Of a stretch of DNA of 64,000 bases, positions 35,548 to 48,900 are shown piece by piece; position 1 is the stretch's first letter; every line of letters starts with the position of its first letter. The notes below the pieces were generated by a model, which was given only the letters and a program-made list of their open reading frames with translations, was not told the origin of the DNA and searched no databases. The position numbers and the translations under genes are program-made. Origin of the DNA: Rhizodiscina lignyota (Eukaryota). The stretch covers positions 496,001 through 560,000 of the forward strand of contig ML978121.1 in assembly GCA_010015805.1 (NCBI GenBank), read 5' to 3'.

Positions 35548-38500
35548 TTATGGATGAGCGCCGTCGTCGTCGTCGTCAAGCTCCTCAATCTCGCGGCCGT
35601 TCTTGTCCACAACAGTGCGGACTCCTCGACGATCGCTAGGCTCGCCATCGCGGCTAGCACCAAAGTCGAGCACCTTTAAAAGCCAAGTTAGCAATCACTC
35701 CTGCAGCCGAATCAGGCGCAAAAATTACCTCGATGTAGGTCAGATTATTCCTTTGCACTGCTGCAACACATCTCCGCTCGTTGAACCTAACCTGCCAGAC
35801 GCCCGACAAATCGGTCAACAGATCCTTCACGCACTCGCCGTTCTTCACATTCCACATCTTCAGGGTGCGGTCACTGCCGCTGATAACCTTCTGGTCGTCG
35901 TGCTGGAAACAAGTGATGGCGCCAGTGTGAGCTGTCAGCGTTGCCTTGCACTGCCCATTCTCCGGATCCCAGATGCGAAGCGTGCTGTCAGCTGCAGCTG
36001 AGACTAGACGTTCGTGTGAGAGATCCAACAGGCCAACAAGAGAGGAATGCCCTTCCAGATTAAACAGACAGGTGCCGAACTCAAGCGACCAGACCTTGAC
36101 CATGTTGTCCATCGAGCCAGAAATGCAGCGGTTGCGCTCATGGTCGAGAACTACACTGTACACTTTCTGTGTATGCCCAGAAAGACGGTGCTGCATATCG
36201 CCCGTTGAGATCTTCCACACGCGGACTGTGGAGTCGTAGCTACCGCTCACAAGTGTGTCTCCATGCGCTGCAATAGCACGTACAGAGTGGTGGTGGCCGG
36301 TCAAAGCGCGTAGGAAGTAGGGATTGTCGTAATCATTCGAAGGTGGACCAGCTTGGAAGATTCCCTTGTCAGTGGGCTTGGGCAACTTCCATACCCTGAG
36401 ACTAGAGTCGCGAGAGCCAGTGATGATGAGAGGCTGTTTGGGCATCATCTTCGGTGTGCCATCTTCATAAGTGCCCACCTGAGAGGGCTTAAGAATGACG
36501 AGGCAGCGCACAGTCGATGTATGTCCTTGGAAGACTTGCAGACACTTGCCGGATTCGATGTCCCAAACCCTGACGGACCGGTCGGTTGAGCCAGAGACAA
36601 GCGTGTTGCCATCGTACTCCAATGCCCATACTCCGCCCTCATGGCCTTCGAGCGTTTTTCGTTTAGCACCTGTCTGCGTGTCATACACATTGATCTTAGT
36701 GTCATCGCTTCCCGTGAGGATCTTGTCGGTATCAAACTGCAGGCATGTAACCACGTGTCGCTGATGTGCACGGAACGCAATATGGCGAGGCTTCATGTCT
36801 TCCTGCATCCAGCTCTTGCGAATGGAAGAGTGTCTGCGGTACAGAGACTTGTAGAGATGGAGATTCCTCAGGCTCGGAAGACCGATATCGGGATTCGGAA
36901 TGGCAGCCAGTGCTGCATTGGCGTGCGCAATTGGACCATGAAATCCCTTCAAAGTGGTTGCCCACGTTGGAGTCTGCTGCTTGGCTGGCGTCGGGGCCTT
37001 GCGCTTCTGCCTCTTATTGCTTCCCAACTTGGCCGCAGCTTTGCGCTTTGGCCGACCAGAAGCAGATATTGTTACGTCGCTGTCAATGCTAGAGCTTGCT
37101 GTCGACTTGGGGGAATCTTCTTGCCTAGCTTTCACAGTAATAGAATCCGAGACGATCCTGTTCCGTAGATCTTCCTCCCCACTGTCAATGCCGTAAGGGA
37201 ATTGCCAACCCCACCCCTCCCTTATGGCTTGCTCCAACTCACCCTCTGGTAATTGAAGATCATCCTGATCCATGAGGTCCTTCCATGCGGTCTCGTCCGA
37301 ATCGAGGATCTGTCTCCACTTCTTCGAAACCTGTGCTGCTCGACACATACTCTTCGCATCCAAGTACTTTGCGATGTTGAGACTGAGCTCTAAGGGTAGC
37401 ATGTCAAGGAAATCACACTTGAGAGCAGGATTGACGACATCCGCAACAAAGCGGAGGGTTGGCTTGGTACAGCGTCGCATCATTTGGTACATGACGTATT
37501 TCTGCAGTTCTTGTGGCATCGCATCGAAAGAGTCAAGCATTGTCGGCATATCCATGAGGGTTGGGGTCGGGAGCTGCGGATTGGGGCTTCCATCTGGGAG
37601 CGGTCCCGGAAGCTCAAGCTGTTGTACTTCAGCGGAAGCTCTTCGCTTCAGAAGACTACTTGATGTCTTGCTGTTGAGCGTATCCTGCGAAATATCCAGG
37701 CTTGATACCTCATTCTCATCATCTTCTTGTTCCTGTGTAGCTAAAGCAAGGGCATTTGCGTTGGCGGCGGCTGTGATGGGAGAAAGGCTAGGGCTGGGAA
37801 GGCTAGCATCTTGTGCAGCTAGAGTATCGAGAGACTGAGGTCGTCGCATATGTTGGGAGTCTTGACTCAGTTCTTCGGATTCGAAAGGAAGGGCTCGTTC
37901 AAGATCGCCCTCCACGATGGGCGGGGTGGCGGAGACTCCAGCAACAGGAGCGGTGTTCGATGAAGTCGCTGCGTGCGTACTGCGGGCAGTTCTGGCTAAC
38001 GAAGATCGTGCATGAACCCTATGAAGCTCATCCAAGCTCGAAGATGAGGCATTCTTTGAATGAGACTTAAGGCTTGGCCTTCTTAAACGACCGGCAGAAG
38101 GAGGCATTTTGAACTGCCCCGACGTGCCAGCATCGGTGTCTGGAGTAGCTGGGCCACTATCATCAACAGTTTGAGACAGTCTCGAGCTATACTGCTGTTC
38201 GTTGGAGGGGAATCTCTCCATTGCCGACATGCGTTGCTTCTTGTTACGTCGCTGTAGGCTGGCAATTTCGGCAGCCTCCGCAAGCGAAGGTGGAGAGGGG
38301 GAGCGTCGTCTCCTGCCCAGTGCTGATGTAGATGGCAGCTTGTTCCTGGATACAGTGCCCTTGCGGCCCTGCATCTTTCTATCTGGAGAATCGTAAGTGA
38401 CTTCGCTATTGTAGACCGATCGTATTATGCCATCAGAGGCGTCAAGTTCGGAGCGGTATTGAGAGAACTAGAAGGAACAAATGTTGTTAGCGGGGTTATG

Positions 38501-39031
38501 AAGAGGTGCTTCTTCAATGTTTGTCTAAAGGGGCCGGGTTGGGACGCGGTGATTGTTCGGGTCAGTTGTGTGGTAAGTGACGCGTACCTGTTCGAGCGCG
38601 CCTTCAACGTCGTCAACCTCCTGGAAATGTGCTGGCCGGCCACCGATATCAAATTGCAAGTGTTTGAGGGCTTGAGGAGTTGGTGAGAAGGCGAGTGGGA
38701 ATTGTTTTGGGTCTCGGTTACGAAGGGGTCTGGGTGCTTTCATGAGGAGGGGGGGGAAAGATGTTGTCGTTGTCGTTGTTGTCGTTACAACTGTTGTTTG
38801 CGTGGCAGGAGCATACGACAGCTGCCCCAACGTTGTGTACGGATCGAGGGTCGACTCTGGTGCGGATGGGCTTAGGGATCGTTTACTGACAATCTCCTGG
38901 ACCTTGCTCACGACCTCCGATGCCATGCTTGCACCGTCTCGCGAGGAAGGTCGAGCGTTTTCCAACGGCTGCGGGGTCCGTCGTGCTTGAGTGGAGTGTT
39001 GTCTGGTCTGCCGTTTGAGGGGCAGGTCCAT
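35548..39031 (-). CDS. CDC4: F-box/WD40 SCF substrate receptor Cdc4 (introns 38468-38587, 35674-35728)
   Basis: D-domain and F-box (DFLDMLPLELSLNIAKYLD...AQVSKKWR), then WD40 repeats (HVVTCLQFD, GHEGGVWAL, GHTSTVRCL, GHHHSVRAI, GHTQKVYSV, GHSSLVGLL); final exon VLDFGA. Confidence 0.92.
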
Positions 39032-40485
39032 TTTGGCTCGCAGGCGCCGTTTCAACGCGAAAGGGACACGGGAAGGCGCGTGCAAGGCAACGTCGAGGCT
39101 GTCAAAGCCACCGGTATATTCGCCACACGCTCTGAGAAGGCTATCTGCAGCTGCATGCGTCGGTCGGGGGTAAGGGAGAGGTCGAGGGTCGGCAAGTGAA
39201 GCTTTTGGGTACTGTGTGCCACGGTCACGCTCCTCCCGAAGTCAGCGGCACATCTCCGCGACCAAGGCGGCTCAAGGGACAGCAAGAACAGAGACGACAC
39301 GCCCGCCCGCGAGACGCCAGAGGGGAGAGGTTAAGCAAAAAAGAGCACGAGGCACGAGGAGAGGAGAGTTATCAGTGCAGTGGGAGGCTGTAGAAGGAAA
39401 GGCGGGGTGGCCAGCAAGATGGTGGTGAAGGTTTCGAGTCGGCTAAGGAGAGGGCTCGGCGTGGACGCTGGCCGATGCCAATCACAGCGCGTGCTCGCTA
39501 TATTACACCACTCAGCATGCACACAATCGTGCCTTTTGCGTAAGAAGTCTTCTATCACAGCCCACTTTTTTGCTTTCTCACCCCGGCACGAACCACGACC
39601 CGTCTTTTGCTCATGCGAAGGCCCCAGGCTCTGCAGTCAGACTCAATTATGGAGGCTGGCATGCACTTCTATTTTCCCACCTCCCGACTCGCATGCCAGT
39701 GCCCAAAGATGCAATTAACAGCATCCGGATCCTCCCATTCATGTATTGCTTATAAACTTGACATCATGCACCGCAGGATTTGGAACGTTGAGCAGGCCCT
39801 TATTAGTGATTCCCGTTCGTGCGACTGGACCCGGGTGCATGCGTTGCCACTCACTGCAGAATTTGCTCGACGCTTGCCAAAGGGCATATGTTAAACCTCC
39901 AGGCACGGGATAGAGCGGCTTAGTACTATCTATGCTGTCGAGGATGCCGCCTTGTGTAGAGGAGACGTGCCTTTATCAAAAGCACTGTTTGAACGTCGTG
40001 GTACTGATTCCATTAGGCGGAGTCGTCGTAAGCCCTTGCTGCACTCATTCAATCAGCTACAAGTTCAAAGGGGGAACTCCTAACTCTCCTTCATTTCGAA
40101 GTCGTCTTTGATAAAAGATGGACGGCGTATTTCTTATCGTGTAGAAAGAGCCAGGCCGATTTGCGGCGTTTAAAAGAACACAACCGTAGAGGCGTTACTC
40201 CGGTCAATTCTACATATGAGATGTCGTTTAGAAGACCATCTAACCTTCTGAGGTGGCTCCAGTGCGAACATGAACACTGCACGAAGAATTCAAGCTTCTT
40301 CTGCTGTCACTGCATTTCGTCGCCGGAAAAAGTGGGGCTCATCTAGGCGACGAAGTTCGCCACCGTCCCATGTTCCTCATCTCCTCAGATCCCCATCCCA
40401 TTGATCATTTTCAGGCTTGTTTCCCTTCCATCATTCATTGCGCACTCTCGCGCACTCATCATCCGCGTGCTTGCGCGAGATCACG

Positions 40486-43249
40486 ATGCAAGCTACCAAA
40501 GTCCGTCCAAAGACAGCCACGACTGCAGCCACAGCAGCGTCGACCTCAAATGCTCAAGAGGTCACACTCCTTCAAAGTACTGAAGTTGTTCAGACCTTGC
40601 TCCACAGTTCGGTAAGCAGGAAGCTGTGCAAAAGTTAAGCGTTGGGGCTAATGGACCCACTCTCAATCACAGATAAGTTGTCTGAGTTACCTGAGGTGAG
40701 CCAGACTGCGACGCGACGACACGCGTTTTCCTTACTTTTCCACTAACCAGAAACAGAGACCTCTTTCCAGATAACTGCTTCGATGAGATTCACTATGGCA
40801 TGGTGCATCCAATCTCTTATCGCGACTTTGCGGAGGCCAAACATAATATGCGCACCGAGGACATCGAGAACGGGTCCCAGTCATCACATCAAAGTCGACG
40901 TGGAACTCGAACTCGACTTCAAATTTTGCGCCGTGGCAAACATGCGGGCGCAGAGCAGCTGCTAGACTGGCTTGAGGAGGGTGTTTTCGAGGCTTTGCAA
41001 AAGCAACGACTTCGTGCCTTGCAAATGAACATCTTCACCGACAAGTCACGTCCGACCAATGTTCTTGAATCATATACCTTTAGCTTCACATACGCTGAAG
41101 CTGCCTTAAGTGGGATGACCTTCAAATCGTCTCAAGGCGAAGCTGTGACGGTGAAGCATGTTAAGCACGCTCTGCATGATTTCATGCGACAGATGAGCGT
41201 CCTTTGCGGAACACTGCCAGTACTTCCAGGTAAGTTTAGAGAAGAGCACGGGAGATAGTACGCACGTCTCTGTCCGTTACTGATTGTAATCGATTAGACC
41301 GTCGCTTTCTCTCCCTGAACCTCTTCTACACGGATAATTGCCCATCCGATTACCAGCCACCTTTCTTCACCGAATCGACAGAGCATACTCTTAAATTCCC
41401 TGAAGGAGATGGCTGGCGCCTGCAGACAGTTACGCCTGGATCAATGAACTCAGGCCACCACGCTACATCGCTCATAATATCGTTCTTGAGCCAGGATAAT
41501 AAGGGACAGACACCAAGTGCTGGAGCGGAAAAGGATCAAATTCCTGCAGATCTCACTTACAGTCTGGAGAAGCTTGCCGCCTCCGATATCAACCGAGAAT
41601 TCAGTTCAAACCCTCACAGCAACGGTGTCCGACCCTCTGCAGCGCAAGAAGCAAACTATAGAGCAGCCACACCTGTCGACATTCCACCAGAGCAGCTGTT
41701 CACGGAGAGTACCCCCACACCAGGTGCAAAAGACACGGGTCGCCGAGGCATCAAGAAAGATGAGCAGTCAAAGTCTGCTAATGAGATTTCCGACTTCGAG
41801 GATGTTAGTGCATTCATCGACCGTGGGGAGGACTCGAACGAGGATGGTACCACTCTTCTCCCACCGCCTCCTGATGCCGCTCGTTCGACTGAAAATATCA
41901 TCGTTGAAAACTCTCAGGTGTCAACGCAGACGCGTCAAGATGTGCAGACCCAAAAGCAGCTTCGCGACATGTTGAATTCAGTGGGGAAAGACAATAGCCT
42001 CGAGGAAACTCAAGTTGTTGCAGCTGAGACCACGGAGAGCCAACATGACGTCTCACTGTTCGGTGCAATGACTCAGATCCGATTCTCACAGGCCAAGGTC
42101 GCCGAACTAGACGTTCTGAGGAAACGACTAACTATTGGCGATCAGCCGCTCGAAGGCATTTCGTCGTCAATCATGGACGTGGAGCAGGAGTATCCTGTGA
42201 AGTGCCAGTGCGGATTCAATGAGGACGATGGTGACATGGTGAATATAACCATTTCCGCTCCAATCCTGTATTGCTAAGGTGGACCAGATTTGCTGCGATT
42301 TCTGTAACAATTGGCAACATGCCTGCTGCTATGGCTATCTCAGCCCGAAAGATCCTCGAATCCCCGACACACATGCTTGTTATGAGTGCCTCTTGGGAAC
42401 AAAAGAGGGCGTACTTCTTAAAGAGCTGCAGGAACTCGCTCTGCTGCGTTGTGCAGCTTATGCCCTAAAGCATGACGGCGGCATGAACACTGCTCGCGAA
42501 TTCAAGGATATTCTTCGTAAGTGAAGACTCTCTGTAGATGGCATGATAGAGCTAACGTCGTCGAAGACTGTGATCTCCAGACGGCCAACGAGGTGCTCAA
42601 GCATTTCAAGCAGAAGGATTTCTTGAAAGAAACTCCAGGGAGTCGTTCTCGCGGCTTCGCTCAATCAGGAAAGCCGAAATGGACATTTGTGAGCAGTGGC
42701 TCGGACTATGAGCGGATGATGCGAGAATACTTCGATCCGAGCTTAAAGATTGCTCATCATGTAAGCATCATCAGATCCTAATATTGACCCAAGCCACTGA
42801 TATGTATCAAGCTCGCACTTGCCCAGCTGCCGACACAAGCTGGTCCTGTCTCAAAGCAGGTTCCAACAGAGCAAGCAGGTTCTCGTCTAGATTCGACTAG
42901 CAATGACATACAAGGCGACCCACTCCCACTCCCGCTATCACTACGCTCTCGCTCCCGTCAGCAGCAATCAATTGCGAATCCTCCTACATTGCCACCGCCA
43001 GCCGTGACTAGGCGATCCACTCACAGTACGATAACAACGACAAGGATGCCAAAAGGCAAGTCTGCACCGCTCGAGGTGTCCCAACCTACAACGCCGGGTA
43101 AAGCCGGCAAACGAGCAAGGAGCGATGAGCAGATTTCTGCAAGAACACCCAAAAACAGCAGAAAGAGGCTCAAAATGTCAAAGGTCGTCGGCGCTGTCGA
43201 TGTCTCGTATTTGTCTCCCAGCCAGGCGTCCACTCAGAATGAACTGTGA
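40486..43249 (+). CDS. HOP1: Meiotic HORMA-domain axis protein (HORMA + PHD-like Zn finger + winged helix) (introns 40612-40672, 40696-40756, 41230-41297, 42239-42287, 42517-42566, 42761-42811)
   Basis: Spliced ISCLSYLRDLFPDNCF, LLDWLEEGVFEAL, VLESYTFSFTY, LPVLP|DRRFLSLNLFYTDNCPSDYQPPFF (HORMA); CQCG..M|ICCDFCNNWQHACCYGY..HACYEC (PHD). All six introns keep the frame. Confidence 0.88.
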
Positions 43250-45995
43250 TCGCACAAGGAGTCTGTGGCGGTGACGCGGATGCCACAGTGCAGAAGTAAG
43301 AGGATTTGCTTTTAATCTAGCACGAAGGAAGACGATGAACGATAGATTGCATGTGTGCTCTTTGAAGGATCTAGCAGTTGCTTGCCCTGTATGGCTTTGT
43401 TCCACTTCACTTGTCTCATATGACACATACGTCCTTCTGAACTTGCTTTTAGCACGGCGAGATCCTGTACCACATTTTCTGTGGGCCCAACAGAAACCAT
43501 GTACGATAGCACTGGCTACTTTAGCCTTGAGCCTCGGTCGAAAGAAAGATGAAGTTGCATAGTTGTACATGGCGCTTCACTTTGAAGCTGAAAGGCTATG
43601 TATTATTATTCACCGAATCTCAACGTCCGGATCGTGCAACGAAAGAATTATGACACCTCGTGGTGGTGGAGCATAAGAAACTGATGCTGTACGACAAAGG
43701 CGCGACAAAGGCGCGATCGAAGCTGAACTCCATGACGCTGTGAGACGGAGCTGAAGATAGCGAGTGGAGAAGATGCAGGAGTCACAAGGATCATGCTAAA
43801 GCCCCGAATGGTAAGGTGTCTTCCCCGGAAGAGGATTTTGGGAAGTGCAGAAGAAGCAAAGAAGCCTTGCAGCGAGGCTTAACGTCTTTATAGGATTTTC
43901 TTCAAGCTCGACAAATAGCGATTCAGATACGCCTTGAGGAATGTGATTGGCCCAAAAAGCAAGGATCTTTGGAGGGGAAGAGGAAAAAGGATTTCCACCT
44001 CACGCGACTGGACTCTGGCAGACCCTGTTTCCACCATCGGGAGCTCGAGGAACTCGTCACTGCCGTCTTCAGGGGATTCAGATGTGTTCCTGGTCTGTGG
44101 AGATGATCTTGTGCCAGGTTCGTCGATCCTCCTCCTGCCAATCCGAACAAAGACGACAGTGGTCATTGCAAGACAAAACATGGATCACGGAAATTATATC
44201 CAAGACAGAATGTCCAAAAAGGGGTTCATCAGCACTCAATCTTCCGAGGCTTTATGGTTCCAAGGGCTCGAAATCGAGTTGCGCACTCACAATCGGCCCG
44301 TACTCCGCAATGTCGGTGAGTGGGCGAATATTTGGGCGTGCTATGATGTGTCGCTATCCCATTCGTATGGCCCAAATGCTATGCTACACAGTGTGCTCCG
44401 TCCAGTTCCCAATTGTGGTTGGTTTCGAAGTCAAACAGGGCTAACAAAGGAGGGTTGCCTAATTTGGGCTGTCCAAGGTACCGAAGTTGATCTCAAGTTT
44501 GATGTTCGCAGAGCCGACCACCAGGCGGTCATTGCTGCCCTGCAGCAGCAGGGCAGAGAGATGATGCGTTCTGCTCGCCGCCGTCTCCACAGTCAATGCA
44601 TCGCGCTTCTTGGCCTGAGCCGATGGTGACTGCGCACATATCATTCCGTGTTATTTGTTTCATGGGCAAGCTCTCACGGATTGGAGGTCGGTCGAGGCGT
44701 GCCAACATCGCAGACTGTGGCCGTCGAGCGCACCCTTCTCTTTGACCTACCGAATGCCGGGCCTGGGGTTCTTCGAAGCCTGCAGCTACGCAACCGGCCG
44801 CGATCTCTTCGTACAAGGGTGTCTTCCGGCGGATCAGCGAGAATGGAGGAGCAGAGGTGCTGCAGTAGCCTTTCAATTGACATGGACTGCTCGTCCTGCC
44901 TCCCTGATGCGGGCACCCAGAGCATTTTACACGCTCACCTTTCGTCTCAGCATTTTTCCGCGAGGTTGCACGGCAGGCAGGCAGGCGGTTTGAGCATGGC
45001 AAATGCGCCGTGAGCACGTCAAGCAAGCAATTGCTTGTGCGGCGCACCTGAACGTACCCGGCGCTGGGGATCGGCGGGCGGGAGATGGTCGAGATCAGCC
45101 GCGGCACCCTGGTGCATGGCTTTCGGCAGCCCCTGTCGCTGTGGCTTGCATGGCGGCGCGCGCGAATGAGATGGAACCCCTGAGCAACTGCAACGCTTGA
45201 GCGCAGAGCAAAGCCGACGACCTCCTCGTTGCGAAGCCTGTCATGCGCTGGCCGACCATTCCTCATCCATCCCACTCCGGGCAGCAGCAGAAACGTCTGT
45301 CTCTGTTCGCTGTAAAAGAGAGCGACACCATGCCGCCGAGTCCTCTTCCGATCTCATTGTCTCTCCTCCGCGTCCGTCTCTACTCGCTACCTGTATAGTG
45401 CCGCTACGTCTTGACTCGAGCCGACGCCATCCAACGGTCTCGAAATTGGTCCCATTTCACGGGACTGGGGATCAGCGAGATTGGTCCAGTTTCCTTAAAG
45501 TTCATGCACGCTCCTTTGAGAAAGGTGTGTGTCCCGAATCAGCTCCCCTCTTCTGTCAACCGTCCGGCTCTGTGCCGATTCGCATCTTCCTTCATGTGTA
45601 TGACGCGCTTATGAAGGTCGGAGCCGCGCGATCAATTTATTTCTCTTTTGCTGCTCCCCTGCGACGTCACCAAGCACTAACGGGGCTAACAGCGCCTAGA
45701 GATCTTGGTGGAACCGATAGCGCATATCTGAGCTGTCCCTCCTTCTCTCATTCCATCTCGTCGATATACGCCACTGCTGTGCAGTGGAGTCTTAAACTCG
45801 GATGACAGGAGATGGCGCGACCTCTCCTCGGCGCAATTGGTATGTCAAACGCACCTTTGACTCTAGAGCACCGTCCCAGTAGCTGACACCGACTCCCAAG
45901 GCTAATAGGATACCCGCACGTCTCATCGCGCCCCGCAACCCTCGAACCTATGCTATAAGGTTCTCCAGAGCCTGTCTCTCCGTCGGCCTTCCATT

Positions 45996-48900
45996 ATGGG
46001 CCGGACGTCGAAGTTCTCGTTCTCCTTGTCTGGGCGAAAAGGGTCAGCTGCGAAGGAACCGGAGGAGCATCATGACGTGCCACAATGGGTCCCTGCTGCT
46101 CCAAGCGCTAGCAATATGAACATGAGTAAAGTGGAACGACTTTTGGGAGCATCGAGTCTGCCAGTACGGTCGTCACCTTCATACAACTCCTCGGAGCGGG
46201 CATCTCTTAATACGAAACCGAGTTATATGACCCTCACCGTGTCCGAAGCAAGCGCCGACTATAGCGATCACGGGATGACCGCGTCTACAGCTCCCGCGCA
46301 ACATTACCGAGCTTCACGGGGATATCAGAGCCTGCGGCATCGGGCCTCGTCCAACTTGCTTGGCCTGTCTGGCGACCATGACGCTCCTGTCGCGTCTTCA
46401 GCAAGCATCGACACGAGAGATCTACGGGCAGAGCATTCATCATCAACACTGCGGTCATACTACGACGCACAGAAATCGCCGTTATTAGTATCGCAGCAGA
46501 CATCAGCCTCAGCCGTGCGAGACATGGCACTGAGGAAAGGCATGCACCAAGTAATACCATTGGATCACGACGCCAGGCAAGACGCCCGAAATATGGTACC
46601 AGAAAGTGCAGAAACAAGCAGAACAGCCTCCGTAGCAAGCACCGCAAAGCAAAAGAAACCAGGAAGACTCGACTTTTCCAGACTCTTTCCCAGACCCAGA
46701 ACATCTAGCCACAATCTCCATGGCAATAACGACGTTGTCAAGTCCCCGGACCAAATCTCAGTGGCATCAGAGCACTTTCCACCACCACCGCCGCCGCCAA
46801 TGTTGTCGCCGCAAGAACGACCTCCGTCTCGGAAGAGCAACAAATCATCAGCAGAACCGCCACAGTCTCGAAGGAACTCAAAGGCAACGACAGCAGACCG
46901 GCGACAATCCCGTAGGAGCTCCAAGGCTGCCTCGCTCCTTCTTATGAAAGCGAGACCGGAAAGTTCCATTCGGCACGCCAAAACCATGTCCACTGCAAGC
47001 AGTGTGCGCAGCCAACCGTATGAGAATCCAAAGAACAATGTGCACCGTCCACCTCCAGGGATCCAGAATTGGTTTGACGGATTACTGGAGGAAGAAGATG
47101 AGGATGATTTGGAAGGAGCCGACGAACGAGAAGTGGAGAAACAGCCATCGGCCCCACCGCAAACCTCCTTAGATGATCACGATTCCGATGAGTCGGAAGC
47201 AAGAGACACATTACCCGACTATGAGAAACCTCCGCCTCGTGATATCCAACCTAACTCCTTACTATCCCATCCTTCTCTACGCCTGATTTCGGAGATTCCT
47301 AAACCCAGTCCGGCCAGCGTGCAACAACCTCGCCCAACGACGCCGCGAAAAAGCTCAATGCATTCTTCAGGCCAGCGTAGCCGGGCAAACACATCTGAAG
47401 ACAACCAAACTACATCCGAGCAACGGTCAGTAGAGCAACGGTCAGTGGAACAACGGTCGGTCGAACAGAGGTCAATCGAACAGCGGTCAGTCGAACAACG
47501 TTCAGTCGAGCAGCGCTCACCACCAAGGCTGAAGGCGCAAGCGCCGCCACGTGCAATCTCTAATAAAGCTCATCGCCATTCTATGATGAGTCACACGACA
47601 GCTACAACAGTCACATCAGCTGGTAGCAAGAATAGCAAACTCGCAGACCTTGACCTCCACAACTCGAGCGCCCTTTCCTTGTCATCATCGGATGAAGAAG
47701 GAGACGGTGACTTGTCTCTCCCGGCAATACGCGATAGCATCAACATATCCGATTTGCCTACTGAGAACATACTCATCGGCAAGGCAAGGGCCTTTGAAGT
47801 TAAGCCAAAGAAACGACCCAACGAGCCAATCCGCGTACCGTCAACTCCTGTTGAAAGCAATTCCACCAATATCATTGCAGTTCGAGGATCAGATTCCGAG
47901 GAATCGATCGCTTCGGAACCGAAGTCTGCCGGTCCTCGAACTGAAAGGAACGAACAAGCTCTGCGTGAATTCAGTGCCACTCATACCGATGGAGCTCGTG
48001 AGACTCCACGTCCACACACCAGTGGCGCGCATATGCCTACTCGAAAGGATAGAACTGCCTCACCCTCGTCTGGGAGCCAGAAGCGTCGCTCACTGCGCAG
48101 CGAGGTCACGGAAGCAGCAAGCTTCGGTCATGGCCATAAACTGATGGCTGTCACTCCGGAAGAAGAGGCTCTGTTAGAAATGATGAGGACGAAGAGAGCA
48201 GCAATGGCGAAGCATAACTTCAAAGAAGGCTACAAGCTGGCAAAGAAACAGGAAGGAAAGAAAAAGGAGAAGGTTAGCAGGCCGCCAAGCTTGCACGCAG
48301 ATGCTGTGCTAGCGAACATGGCTCATGCGATCTTAAGCAGCGGCCCCAACAGTGCTGACCCACCGCAGGACGCGAAAGACGCGGACGCTGTTGTCACGGT
48401 GAACAGCACGTTTGGTGAGATTATAGATGCTTTTCCCACCCCTTCGCCGACGTCTAATCGCTTCTCGACGACGTATTTGCCGCGGACCGAAGAGCGCAGC
48501 GGCAGCCCTGGCCTATCTGTGGCATCTTCCTCGCGACGTGGACGCTCGAAGAGACACTCCAATTTGTCAACCATGAGCTCAAATGTCCAATCAATGTCTG
48601 GCACATCTGCAACATCATCATCCCCAATCCCTAACGCTGATTCATCCGAAGCAGAAAGCATCGCGTTACTTGAAGGATCGGTCTCGGAACACGTCTCCAA
48701 CGCGTCGACCGTAAAGAGGAAGCCTGGCTTCGACCGGCTCTCGCTCACGCCAATGGACATTTCGATTGGCTCCTTGGAAAGGGAAAGGTCTGGATCCGTG
48801 GCACAGCAATCTTCAACATCCAGTCCTGAAGATGAGAAGACGCAGGAGTCCCAGCGTCAATCCAGCGAAGAAATCATCATCGAGGCTACCGAAAGCGTTG

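Noticed and set aside
43934..44629. 231-aa plus-strand ORF (first ATG at about 44180)
   Set aside because: It has no recognisable domain, and I could not splice the nearby GTAAGG donor (43811) into this frame. It may be an orphan gene but is unsupported.
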